From assembly GCA_035763125.1 (NCBI GenBank), contig DASUBU010000211.1:2134-66133 (forward strand): a DNA stretch of 64,000 nucleotides, given 5' to 3'. Position 1 is the first letter of the stretch. Every line of letters begins with the position of its first letter. Position numbers and translations under genes: made by a program. This DNA comes from Ktedonobacterales bacterium. GTDB taxonomy: Bacteria > Chloroflexota > Ktedonobacteria > Ktedonobacterales > JADMIN01. This document shows positions 44,428-53,533 of this stretch, piece by piece. The notes under the pieces are model-generated. The model was given only the letters and a program-made list of their open reading frames with translations. It was not told where the DNA came from and did not search any database.

Positions 44428-45651
44428 ATGCAGACTACCCGCCGCCACGATTCGGCCCCTGAGGTCGAGACCGCCGACGAGCTGCACGCCGCCATCGCCG
44501 AGCGCGCGGACGACCTGATCGCCCGCCGCCGCCACTTCCACCAGCATCCTGAGCTCTCGCATGAGGAGCGCGAGACCGCCGCGGCGATTGCCGAGCACCT
44601 GCGTGGGCTGGGCCTCGATGTGACGGCAGGAGTCGGCGGCCACGGTGTGGTTGGGCTACTGCGCGGGACCGTCGAGGGCGCGGCAGAGGGACCGACGCTG
44701 ATGGTGCGCGCAGATATTGACGCGCTGCCAATCACCGAGCAGAGCGGCGCGCCATACGCCTCGCAGCGGCCTGGCGTCATGCACGCCTGCGGACACGACG
44801 GGCACATCGCGATTGCCATGACGCTGGCGGAGGTACTCACTGCGCGGCGCGACCGCCTGCGCGGTTCAGTCAAGTTCGTCTTCCAGCCGGCGGAGGAGCG
44901 CGCGGCGGGCGCCGAGCCGATGATCGCGGCGGGGGTGATGCAGGGCGTGGACGCCGTGATCGGGCTGCATCTGTGGAGCCAGGTGCCGGTGGGCGAGGTT
45001 GCCGTGCGGCCGGGCGCGTTCTTCGCCAGCGCCGACGAGCTGCATCTGCGGGTGCGCGGGCGCGGCGGGCATGGCGCGGAGCCGCACCTGACGGTGGATC
45101 CGGTGGTCGTCACCGCCCAGATCATCACGGCGCTACAGACGCTGGTGAGCCGCGAGATCAATCCGCTGCACAGCGCCGTGGTCACGTTCGGCACGATCCA
45201 TGGCGGCACGGCCGGCAACGTCGTCGCCGATGAGGTGGAGCTGAAGGGCACGCTGCGCACCTACGATCCTGCCGACCGCGAGTATCTGCTGCGGCGCATC
45301 GGCGAGGTGACGCGCGGCGTAGCGGCGAGCCTGCGCGCGGAGGCGATCTTCGAGCCGGGGATGAGCTGCCCCGCCTGCATCAACGACGAGACGGTCGCCG
45401 CGCTGGTGCGCCGCGCGGCCGCGGCGACGGTGGGCGAGGGGCACATCCTGGGCGAGCGGCGCTTCTCGGTCAGCGACGACATGGCGCGCTTCCTCCAAGA
45501 GGCGCCGGGCTGCTACTTCGTCGTCGGCGGCGGCAATGTCGAGCGCGGCATCACCGCGCCGCACCACAACGCGCGCTTCGATCTGGACGAGGCGTGTCTG
45601 CCGATCGGCGTCGAGGTGCTCGCCCGCGCCGCGCTAGAGTATCTGGCGTAA
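44428..45651 (+). CDS. M20-family amidohydrolase (N-acyl-amino-acid / hippurate hydrolase-like)
   Basis: FHQHPELSHEERETAAAIAEHL, MHACGHDGH and FQPAEE. Confidence 0.8.
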   Translation: MQTTRRHDSAPEVETADELHAAIAERADDLIARRRHFHQHPELSHEERETAAAIAEHLRGLGLDVTAGVGGHGVVGLLRGTVEGAAEGPTLMVRADIDALPITEQSGAPYASQRPGVMHACGHDGHIAIAMTLAEVLTARRDRLRGSVKFVFQPAEERAAGAEPMIAAGVMQGVDAVIGLHLWSQVPVGEVAVRPGAFFASADELHLRVRGRGGHGAEPHLTVDPVVVTAQIITALQTLVSREINPLHSAVVTFGTIHGGTAGNVVADEVELKGTLRTYDPADREYLLRRIGEVTRGVAASLRAEAIFEPGMSCPACINDETVAALVRRAAAATVGEGHILGERRFSVSDDMARFLQEAPGCYFVVGGGNVERGITAPHHNARFDLDEACLPIGVEVLARAALEYLA

Positions 45652-45685
45652 CCGATGGCCCCACGGCTCTGGACATCTGGGCATG

Positions 45686-45717
45686 TGTAGGGGCGAGGTC
45701 TGCCTCGCCCGCTGTAG
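45686..45717. repeat. REP-like hairpin unit of the same family as 19378..19508
   Basis: tgtaggggcgagg-tctg-cctcgccc-gctgtag, located 35 bp after the M20 gene stop. Confidence 0.55.
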
Positions 45718-45776
45718 CTGGCAAGGGGATGGGGATAGAGTCTGCCTGTCGTCCACCTTGTGCAGCGAAGTCGGTA

Positions 45777-46073
45777 TCACTGCGGCCAAATGAGAATTGC
45801 GACCACGAAAGCCATGAATCCGAGCAGCAAGAGGACGGGCTGCAGCCACTCGAGTATACCCAAGTCGAGCGTCACCCAGCCCAGGGACTGCATAGACGAA
45901 AGCGCCATGTCGGAGAGGAGGAATTCTAGCCCAATACACAGCGCCCACGCTTGCCGGCGGCGGAGTGGATTGCGGATGAATCGGGTTGGTCGGGCATAGC
46001 TTGCGTACGCTACTGACGCCAGCAAACAGGCAACCACGGCATACGCGGCTAGCTCGATCTCACCGGATTTCAC
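45777..46073 (-). CDS. Small hypothetical membrane protein (about 3 TM)
   Basis: GTG at 46073 preceded by AGAGGGG. Hydrophobic segments AAYAVVACLLASVAYASYA and LQPVLLLLGFMAFVVAILIW. Lies in an AT-richer stretch. Confidence 0.4.
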   Translation of the reverse strand: MKSGEIELAAYAVVACLLASVAYASYARPTRFIRNPLRRRQAWALCIGLEFLLSDMALSSMQSLGWVTLDLGILEWLQPVLLLLGFMAFVVAILIWPQ

Positions 46074-46139
46074 TTTTGCCCCTCTTTTGCAGCCTCGCGG
46101 TTGGCCACTATCATTATAGAGGGCATGGTAATACGACAC

Positions 46140-46952
46140 TCAGGAGAAGCCGGGCAGCCCAACCGCGAGGACCGTGGCGCGCGAACCGCAGCTCTTGCAC
46201 GCGGTGAATCCCGCCGCCGCCGCCTCGTCGGCATCGCGGAAGAAGCGCGCCGGCAGTGCCGCATGGCGCCGGGCGACGGCGCACTCCGGCTGGCAGGCGG
46301 TTCGCGTCGCGCGCACGCCCAGCAGCAGCCCTTGGCCGTAGCGCTCGCGCAGCCGCGCGACCCACGCCGTGTAGCCGTCTGCAACCGCGTTCGCTGGCAG
46401 TGCGCCCTCCATCTCCAGCAAGAGTTGCTTGAGCGGCAGACCGGGACCATACCCTGTGAGGCGGCCGTTGCTGCCGACGATGCGGTGGCACGGCACAAAA
46501 GGCGCGACGGGGTTGGCACCATTCGCCGCGCCAACCGCGCGAGCCGCATCTGGCTGGCCCACCGCCCGCGCGATCTCGCCGTAGCTGCGCGTCTCTCCGT
46601 ACGGCACGCGCGCCACGTCGTTCCAGATTGCTACAAAGAAGTCCGGACCGTGCGGATCGAGTGCCACTGTGAACTCGCGCCGCCGTCCGGTTAAAAACTC
46701 GTCCAGCTCGTCCAGCGCCTGGCGCAGATGCGCGAGCGCCGCGGGATCGTCGCCGCTTTCGATCACACTTTCCACCGGGCCCGTGGACACGCGTCCGGCA
46801 TCCTCATGCCGCGCGCCGTTCCGCCAGCTCGGCAGCCAGACGGAGCGCACGCCCGCCGCTGAGGCGGTCACGCGCGTCGTGCCAGCCCAGGTCATCACGC
46901 GGCCGTGAGCCATCGCCTCGTCGCGCCCGTCATGCCCATTCACATGCCCCAT
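46140..46952 (-). CDS. ogt: Methylated-DNA-protein-cysteine methyltransferase (Ogt/MGMT) fused to a C-terminal Ada-type Zn-binding domain
   Basis: MGMT active site VPCHRIVGSNG. C-terminal GVRATRTACQPECAVARRHAALPARFFRDADEAAAAGFTACKSC, compared with E. coli N-Ada AVRTTGIFCRPSCRARHALRENVSFYANASEALAAGFRPCKRC. Confidence 0.75.
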   Translation of the reverse strand: MGHVNGHDGRDEAMAHGRVMTWAGTTRVTASAAGVRSVWLPSWRNGARHEDAGRVSTGPVESVIESGDDPAALAHLRQALDELDEFLTGRRREFTVALDPHGPDFFVAIWNDVARVPYGETRSYGEIARAVGQPDAARAVGAANGANPVAPFVPCHRIVGSNGRLTGYGPGLPLKQLLLEMEGALPANAVADGYTAWVARLRERYGQGLLLGVRATRTACQPECAVARRHAALPARFFRDADEAAAAGFTACKSCGSRATVLAVGLPGFS

Positions 46953-47110
46953 GCGACTCTCCTCCTTCGCGCTGTCCTGCCACTGCGCGTCGCGCGCCGC
47001 TCACGCGCACGAAGTATAACAGCGCCCTGCGGCGTGGGGTTGCCGGTAGGCGCTGCGCCGAGCCATTCTCCGCGATGCTTTGCTACAGCGGCACCTTGTT
47101 TTCGCTCTAA

Positions 47111-47972
47111 GAGCGTGTTTGGCAGAATAGATAAGCGGCGGCATGCGGTACACTCCAAGGCATGCGCACTAGCTATCCAAGCAATCTCTCTGATACTGAG
47201 TGGGACTGCTTACAACGGTTCTTGCCACCCAGGTCGCCGCGGAGCAGACTCCGCCGCCACTCCCTCCGCTCGGTCTTCGACGCCCTCTTTTACCTGTTGC
47301 GTACGGGCTGCCCTTGGCGGTATCTGCCCAGTAATTTCCCGCCGTGGCAGACCGTGTACTACCACTTCAAGCAGTGTTGCCGGACCGGCCTCTGGACCCG
47401 CCTCTATAGGGCATTGCGAGATGTCGAACGTCGACGCCAAGGGAAGGATCCGGATCCCAGTGCAGCTATCATCGACGCCCAGAGCGTGAAAACGATAGAG
47501 GAATCTGGTCGCAACCGTGGGTACGATGCCCACAAATGCATAAAGGGACGGAAGCGGCATCTGTTGGTCGATACTCTGGGCCTGCCGATCGCCGCCCGCG
47601 TCACTCCTGCTGATATGCACGGCACCCAGGGCGCCCGTCGTCTGCTGGCCGGACTGAAGCCCTTTGTCCCCAGGCTGAAGAAGATCTGGGCGGACGCTGC
47701 GTACCGCGGCCAAGAGTTGGCGGACTGGTGTCACGCCCAAGGCGATTGGGACCTGGAAGTGGTCGAGCGCACGCCAGGGGTGCGCGGCTTCGCTGTGCTG
47801 CCGAAGCGGTGGATTGTGGAACGCACATTGGGCTGGCTCTCGCGCAATCGACGCATGAGCAAGGACTACGAACGCAAGGTCCAGACGAGTGAAACGCTCA
47901 TTGAGATGGCGATGATTCGGCTGCTGATCGCGCGCCAGGGACCGAGGAGGTAGCGCCTGCCCAAACAGGCTC
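47111..47972 (+). mobile_element. IS5-family insertion sequence, about 0.86 kb, with imperfect terminal inverted repeats
   Basis: IRL gagcgtgtttggcag at 47111..47125. IRR ctgcccaaacaggctc at 47957..47972, whose reverse complement is gagcctgtttgggcag. A single transposase ORF lies between them. The flanks are taa on the left and gaa on the right, so there is no matching direct repeat. Confidence 0.75.
47162..47953 (+). CDS. IS5-family DDE transposase (DUF4096 N-terminal domain + DDE_Tnp_1-like)
   Basis: LSDTEWDCLQRFLPP....R.....RSVFDALFYLLRTGCPWRYLPSNFPPWQTVYYHF. DDE region IIDAQSVKT, LLVDTLGLP and IWADAAYRG. C-terminus RWIVERTLGWLSRNRRMSKDYER. Confidence 0.9.
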   Translation: MRTSYPSNLSDTEWDCLQRFLPPRSPRSRLRRHSLRSVFDALFYLLRTGCPWRYLPSNFPPWQTVYYHFKQCCRTGLWTRLYRALRDVERRRQGKDPDPSAAIIDAQSVKTIEESGRNRGYDAHKCIKGRKRHLLVDTLGLPIAARVTPADMHGTQGARRLLAGLKPFVPRLKKIWADAAYRGQELADWCHAQGDWDLEVVERTPGVRGFAVLPKRWIVERTLGWLSRNRRMSKDYERKVQTSETLIEMAMIRLLIARQGPRR

Positions 47973-48041
47973 GAAGAACTCTTCCAGCGCGTTCTGGATA
48001 CTGGGGTTGCTGATACCACCCGAGGTGAGCAGTAGTTTCAT
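47973..48041 (-). pseudogene. 5' stump (23 codons) of a peptidase E / S51-like (type 1 glutamine amidotransferase-like) gene, cut off by the IS
   Basis: Hand translation gives MKLLLTSGGISNPSIQNALEEFF, preceded by the strong RBS GAGGAGAGG. The reading frame runs straight into IRR. No continuation is found on the other side of the IS. Confidence 0.55.
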
Positions 48042-48278
48042 GATGCCTCTCCTCGTCCTTGCTCGTCACTGCAAGCAGGGCCAACGGTCTCCACAGCCCG
48101 GGACAGACGCTAGCCGCATCGACGTTCGAACCGGCTGGTAGGTCACCCGCCGGCATTGGATCGGTCTGTGCAGCGGCACGACGCGGGCACGCATCCGGCC
48201 GCACGTTCCCAGCGGCCCTCTGTCCACCTGGTCACGGCGGCGCCAACCGGCGAAGATGGGCATCGATGGGCAATCCAT

Positions 48279-48857
48279 CTACAAGCCCTGACGCAATCCT
48301 TCTTCAACCGAGCTCATGTGCTCGGTCGCATGCCCCGCTCTCCCGGCAAAAAGGTCGCTGGGGGTCGCCTCACCATCGATCCCGGGAAACGTAGCGGCCA
48401 GCTGCTCATCGGTAAACTGGTGCAGGAGGTCCACGGTGTCCTGCCGCGCCGCCAGGAAATCTGCTACCAAGCTCTCCAGCGTGTCGTCCTGGTGCGCGTT
48501 CACGGTGGTTTGATTGAGCTGGGCGATGGCCAGCCCCAGCCGCTCCTCCTCCTCTGAGGTCAGCGCACTCAGATTGCCCAGAACGCCCGGCAGCGGCATA
48601 CCTTCCGGGTATTGACCGCGCAAAATAACGTCTCGCGGCTCGCCGGCGAGGACACGGCGTAGCAACTGCTGGATGTTGCGCTCGTTTTGCACCAGGTGAG
48701 CCAAATGATCCTTGGCGCGCCACGAAGGGGCTCCGGGAACACCACTCGCCGTGGCCGGGCGCTCCAGGTCTTCTGGGCTCAGCCCGTGAAAAAACGCCAG
48801 GACCTCGGTCTGCGACGCCGCCAGGGTATCCAGAATCTCTGCGCGCGTGGGCACCAT
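48279..48857 (-). CDS. DinB/YfiT-like (DinB_2) four-helix-bundle protein
   Basis: ILDTLAASQTEVLAFFHGLSPEDLERP...WRAKDHLAHLV and C-terminal GHATEHMSSV. ATG at 48857 preceded by TAGGAGGG. Confidence 0.65.
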   Translation of the reverse strand: MVPTRAEILDTLAASQTEVLAFFHGLSPEDLERPATASGVPGAPSWRAKDHLAHLVQNERNIQQLLRRVLAGEPRDVILRGQYPEGMPLPGVLGNLSALTSEEEERLGLAIAQLNQTTVNAHQDDTLESLVADFLAARQDTVDLLHQFTDEQLAATFPGIDGEATPSDLFAGRAGHATEHMSSVEEGLRQGL

Positions 48858-49199
48858 GACCCTCCTAGCAACCGGAGCAAAGCACCAGGCGGTTCCAAAC
48901 GACTCCGCCAGGCCCAGAGACAAGAGGCACGAGGTCCGGCCCCCGTCTCCTAGAACAATATATCTAGGATACCACCTTGGCCTGGTGAGCAACCAGTGGA
49001 GGGTAGGACCTGGTAGTAGTGGCGTGTTCGGCAGTCAGACGGGCAGGTTGTGTAGACGGCATTCCGCCCAATCAGTGTGGCGCTTACCTATGTGGCAAGC
49101 GGTCCAACCGGCAACACACAGCATCGCTAGCTAGGCAGATGGTGGGGTGGCTAAGCTCATTGGAGGCCCACGATCTGCGGCACGGCTTGGTTACCTTCG

Positions 49200-49232
49200 C
49201 TACAAAACACGCTCTCAGAGCGTGTTTGGCAG
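49200..49232. repeat. 33-bp palindrome made of two IS5-type terminal repeats abutting back to back (IRR-like | IRL)
   Basis: ctacaaaacacgctct-c-agagcgtgtttggcag. The 11-bp arms are perfect, and the extended 16-bp arms have 2 mismatches. The right half is identical to IRL of the IS at 47111. Confidence 0.6.
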
Positions 49233-49302
49233 TTCCTGTGTCATGATTGATTCAGGATGGGCGTTGCTTTGTCTGAAGAGTAAACGAGGGGAGATACCTG
49301 CC

Positions 49303-50274
49303 ATGCGTGCTACGCTCATTGATCAGCACCGTGGCTTGCCGCGTGTCGGCGAGGTCAGCACGCCGCAACCGGCAGGCGGGCAGTCCCTCGTCGCCGTGAA
49401 GGCGGCTGCACTCAACCCCTTGGACGTGGACTTCGCCTCCGGCCAGCATCGCGTGAGACCGACGCAGTTCCCCTATATCCCCGGCTTCGAGGGTGTAGGA
49501 GTGGTCGTCGAGTCCGAGGCCCTGCCGATTGGCCAACGGGTTCGCTTCGAGTGCCGCCCGACGTTCGCAACTGGGGGCAGTCTGGCCGAGTATGCGGTGG
49601 TGGCCAATGAGTGGGCTTTCCCACTCCCCGACGGCGTCCCGGATGCGACTGCCGCCGCGCTCGGCCAAGTTGGGATCACGGTGTGGACGGCGCTCGAATG
49701 GCGCGCGGGGCTGCGCCAAGGCGAAGCGGTGCTGGTGCTCGGAGCGACCGGCGCCACCGGCCAACTCGCTGTGCAGGTGGCTCGCCTGCTCGGCGCGCGT
49801 CGCATCGTCGCCGCCGGCCGCCATGCCGCGGCCCTGGCCCGCACCCGCGAACTGGGCGCCGATGCGACCGTCGAGCTCGGGCGTGAACGCTCGGCAGATG
49901 AGTTGACGCAGGCGCTTCGCCACGCGGCCGCCGGGCCGATCGATGTCGTCCTCGATGCCTTGTGGGGAGCGTCCCTGGCCGCCGCCCTCCCGATCGTCGC
50001 GCGCGGCGCCCGCATCGTCAATTACGGGAGCGCCGCCTCGCCCATGGCGGACCTGCCATCGGCGCTGCTCCGCTTCCAGGGGATGACACTCCTCGGCCAT
50101 AATAGCATGCTGCCGCCGCGTGAGGTGGTGGCCGACACCTATCGCCGGCTGGTGGAACATGCAGCGCGCGGCGAAGTGACCATCGCGCTTGAAGAGATCC
50201 CGCTCACGCGGATTGCCGAGGCGTGGCAGCGCCAGCACTCCTCAATTCACACTAAGCTGGTGATCGTCCTGTAG
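49303..50274 (+). CDS. Zinc-type alcohol dehydrogenase / quinone oxidoreductase (MDR superfamily)
   Basis: VAVKAAALNPLD, Rossmann motif VLVLGATGATGQLAVQVARLLGA. ATG at 49303 preceded by GAGGGGAG. Confidence 0.8.
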   Translation: MRATLIDQHRGLPRVGEVSTPQPAGGQSLVAVKAAALNPLDVDFASGQHRVRPTQFPYIPGFEGVGVVVESEALPIGQRVRFECRPTFATGGSLAEYAVVANEWAFPLPDGVPDATAAALGQVGITVWTALEWRAGLRQGEAVLVLGATGATGQLAVQVARLLGARRIVAAGRHAAALARTRELGADATVELGRERSADELTQALRHAAAGPIDVVLDALWGASLAAALPIVARGARIVNYGSAASPMADLPSALLRFQGMTLLGHNSMLPPREVVADTYRRLVEHAARGEVTIALEEIPLTRIAEAWQRQHSSIHTKLVIVL

Positions 50275-50298
50275 CTGACGTGTGGATGGCGCCGCTGA

Positions 50299-50312
50299 GA
50301 GCGTGTCTGGCG
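50299..50312. repeat. Degenerate solo copy of the IS5-type terminal repeat
   Basis: gagcgtgtctggcg compared with gagcgtgtttggca, 13 of 14 positions identical. Lies 25 bp after the MDR gene stop. Confidence 0.35.
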
Positions 50313-50570
50313 AAGCTGGCAGTACGGACGGGCCGGGATGCAGCGAGCCGAGAGGCCCCGAAGAATCGCACAGATGGTGGCCGGTGGCTGGCGCTCACGT
50401 GAGAGTCGCGCGCTTACCGGACCGATGGAGCGTGGTGGGAATGGACTCCCACTGAGCGCTGGAGGGGCCGCATTGACTTTCGACGTGCGTGTCACCTACC
50501 ATCCCTCATGTTCGTAGACCGACCAGATGGTACGCGAACAAACGGAACGGACTGAAAGGAGACGCGAGAC

Positions 50571-51536
50571 GTGACGATGATCGAGACGCGCGGGCTGGCC
50601 AAGACCTTCCGTGCGCGCGGCAAGACCGTGCAGGCGGTGCGCGGCGTGGACCTGGACGTGCGCGAAGGCGAGATCTTCGGGTTTCTGGGTCCCAACGGCG
50701 CCGGCAAGACGACCACCATGCGCATGCTGGCGACGCTGCTGCCGCCGTCGGGCGGGCAGGCCAAGGTCGCCGGCTTCGACCTGCGGCGCGCGGCGGGCGA
50801 GGTGCGGCGGCACATCGGCTATGTCGGCCAGCAGGGCGGCGCCGAGCCAGCGGAGACGGGCCGCGAGAATCTGCTGCTGCAGGGGCGGGTCTACGGGATG
50901 CGCGCGGCCGAGGCGCGCGAGCGGGCCGCCGAGCTGATCGCCAAGCTCGATATGCAGTCCTTCGCCGATCGGCTCGTGAAGACCTATTCGGGCGGCCAGC
51001 GCCGCCGGCTGGACGTGGCGCTGGGCATCATGCACCGGCCGCGGGTGCTCTTTCTGGACGAGCCGACCACCGGCCTCGACCCGCAGAGCCGCGCCCGCAT
51101 CTGGGACGAGGTGCGCGCGCTGCACGCCAGTGGCATGACGATCTTCCTCACCACCCACTACATGGACGAGGCCGATGGCCTCTGCGACCGCCTGGCGATC
51201 ATAGACGACGGGCGCATCGTCAGTCTGGATACGCCCGATGCGCTCAAGCGCAGCCTTGCTGGCGACATCATCACGCTGGGGCTGGACGCCTCCGGCGAGG
51301 TGCTGGCCCGCGCGACCGATGCTCTGCGCGCACAGCCGTTCCTGCGCGAGCTGCAGCTCACCGAGCATGGCGTGCAGCTCTATGTCGAGCGTGGCGAGCA
51401 GGTGCTGCCAGAAGTGCTGCGTCTGCTGGACGGCCTGCGCGTGCCAATTCGCTCAGCCACGCTCGCCCGCCCGACGCTGGAGGATGTCTTCCTGCGGCTG
51501 ACCGGGCGCTCGCTGCGCGAGTCTGACGCCGCCTGA
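50571..51536 (+). CDS. ABC transporter ATP-binding protein (DrrA-like, ABC-2 subfamily)
   Basis: GFLGPNGAGKTTTMRML, YSGGQRRRLDVA and LFLDEPTTGLD. Confidence 0.9.
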   Translation: MTMIETRGLAKTFRARGKTVQAVRGVDLDVREGEIFGFLGPNGAGKTTTMRMLATLLPPSGGQAKVAGFDLRRAAGEVRRHIGYVGQQGGAEPAETGRENLLLQGRVYGMRAAEARERAAELIAKLDMQSFADRLVKTYSGGQRRRLDVALGIMHRPRVLFLDEPTTGLDPQSRARIWDEVRALHASGMTIFLTTHYMDEADGLCDRLAIIDDGRIVSLDTPDALKRSLAGDIITLGLDASGEVLARATDALRAQPFLRELQLTEHGVQLYVERGEQVLPEVLRLLDGLRVPIRSATLARPTLEDVFLRLTGRSLRESDAA

Positions 51537-51603
51537 GTGGTGTGCGGGCCTCTGCTCTCGAATGACACGACAAGACGAAAAGAAACCGAAGGAGTTTCCG
51601 ACC

Positions 51604-52368
51604 ATGCCCCGCCTGATCCGCGATAGCTGGCTGATGTTCCTCTCGCAGCTACGTGTCTCGCTGCGTAACCCTGTCTGGCTCTTTATCGGTCTCTTCCAGC
51701 CGATCTGCTATATGCTGCTCTTCGCGCCGCTGCTGAAGAACCTCGTCGGCGTGCCGGGCTTTCCGGGTGGCGGCGCGTACAACGTCTTCACGCCAGGCCT
51801 GATGATGATGATGGCGATCTTCGGCACCGGCTTCGCCGGCTTCAACCTGATCGAGCGTTTGCGCAGCGGGGTGATCGAGCGCCTGCGCGTGACGCCAATC
51901 AATCGCCTGGCGCTGCTGCTGGGGATCGTCGCGGTGGATCTGCTGAATCTGCTCGTCCAGACGGCGCTGCTGGTGGGCGTGGCGCTGCTGCTGGGCTTTC
52001 GGCCGGATGCGGGCGGACTGGCGCTATTGCTGGGGCTGCTGCTGATCGGCGGGCTGATGATGGCCTCGTGCTCGTATGCGCTGGCCCTGCTGGTCAAGGA
52101 CCAGGGCGCGCTGGCGGCGACCATCAATCTCTTCGTCCTCCCGCTGTTGCTGCTTTCGGGGATCATGCTGCCGCTCTCGCTGGCTCCGGAGATCCTGCGC
52201 AACATTGCCAAGGCCAACCCGTTCGCCTATGCGGTGGACGCCTCGCGCGCGCTGGTGGCGGGTCACCCCGGCGACGTGACCGTAGTCCAGGCGTTCGTCA
52301 TCCTCGGCGTGCTGGCCGTGCTAGCGCTCACCTGGGCCACGCGCTCGATTCGCCAGGCGACGATGTAG
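51604..52368 (+). CDS. ABC-2-type transporter permease
   Basis: Six TM helices. ATG at 51604 preceded by AAGGAG. Confidence 0.85.
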   Translation: MPRLIRDSWLMFLSQLRVSLRNPVWLFIGLFQPICYMLLFAPLLKNLVGVPGFPGGGAYNVFTPGLMMMMAIFGTGFAGFNLIERLRSGVIERLRVTPINRLALLLGIVAVDLLNLLVQTALLVGVALLLGFRPDAGGLALLLGLLLIGGLMMASCSYALALLVKDQGALAATINLFVLPLLLLSGIMLPLSLAPEILRNIAKANPFAYAVDASRALVAGHPGDVTVVQAFVILGVLAVLALTWATRSIRQATM

Positions 52369-52561
52369 CTGGCCTGGCTGTATCACTGCTGCCCCGCGGC
52401 GCCAGGCATGGGACGTGCGCGTGAAATCGGGCGACGAAGTGTGACGATCCTGTGAGCGGCCGGTGCGTATCATACCAGCAGGGATGCTTGCGTGGCCCGC
52501 TGCGCGGCAGCCCATCACGCGCGCTCTTCATCGGCTGGCACATATGGGAAAGGAAACCACG

Positions 52562-53533
52562 ATGTTCACCCAGATCCTGGTGCCGCTGGACGGCTCGACC
52601 CGCGCTGAGCAGGCGCTGCCCCTCGCGGCCCGCATCGCCCGCGCATCTGGCGCCCGCATCTTGCTCGTGCGCGCCGTCGTGGTTCCCGTGACCTACGGCG
52701 TAATGATGGAGGGCGAGTCGCTGCACTGGCGCTTGGCGCACGATGAGACCGAAGAGGCGCAGACGTATCTGAACACGCTGGCGCAATCGGAGCAGCTCAA
52801 AGGTCTGCCGGTCGAGAGCCTCGTCAAAGTCGGAGTTGCCGCCAACGTCATCCTTGATGCGGCCGCGGAGCGTGGCGCGGATCTCGTCGTGTTGACGAGC
52901 CATGGCCGCACGGGATTTACCCGCTGGATGCTGGGAAGCGTAGCGCAACACATCGCCCACCATTCGACTGCGCCGGTGCTGGTGCTACGCAGGCACGGCG
53001 AGAGCGTGGCTGAAGGGGAAGACTTCTCGCATGTGCTCGTGCCGCTGGACGGCTCGCCGCTGGCGGAGGCGGCCCTGGAGCCGGCGCGCGGGCTCGCGCT
53101 GGCGCTCAGCGCCCCCGGGCAGGCTCGCATCCACCTCGTGCTGGTGGTCGCGCCATACGAGAGCGTGCCGGAGAACATGCCCGATGCGCTGATCATGGAG
53201 GGCGCGCGGTCCTACCTGGAGCGCGTGGGACAGCGCCTGGCCGCTGAGGGCGAAGGAGGACAGTTGGCCGTCACCTGGTCGGTCGTGGCGAATCTCGACA
53301 TCGCGCAGGGCATCCTGGTGGTGGCGGAGGCGGCACAAGGCGCAGAAGGCACGCCACCGTTCGGCCGCGCGGGTGTGATCGCGATGGCGACGCATGGCTA
53401 TGGCGGTGTGGAGCGCTGGGCGCTGGGCAGCATCGCCGAGCGAGTGCTGCATGCGTCGAAGCACCCCATGCTGATCGTGCGGCCTCCTGAGGTGGTCGCC
53501 CGGGCGCGTGGCGCGGGCCAGCCATCGGCGTAA
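52562..53533 (+). CDS. Tandem universal stress protein (2 x UspA domains)
   Basis: ILVPLDGS...VLTSHGRTGFTRWMLGSVAQHIAHHSTAPVLVLR, repeated as VLVPLDGS...MATHGYGGVERWALGSIAERVLHASKHPMLIVRP. Confidence 0.85.
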   Translation: MFTQILVPLDGSTRAEQALPLAARIARASGARILLVRAVVVPVTYGVMMEGESLHWRLAHDETEEAQTYLNTLAQSEQLKGLPVESLVKVGVAANVILDAAAERGADLVVLTSHGRTGFTRWMLGSVAQHIAHHSTAPVLVLRRHGESVAEGEDFSHVLVPLDGSPLAEAALEPARGLALALSAPGQARIHLVLVVAPYESVPENMPDALIMEGARSYLERVGQRLAAEGEGGQLAVTWSVVANLDIAQGILVVAEAAQGAEGTPPFGRAGVIAMATHGYGGVERWALGSIAERVLHASKHPMLIVRPPEVVARARGAGQPSA

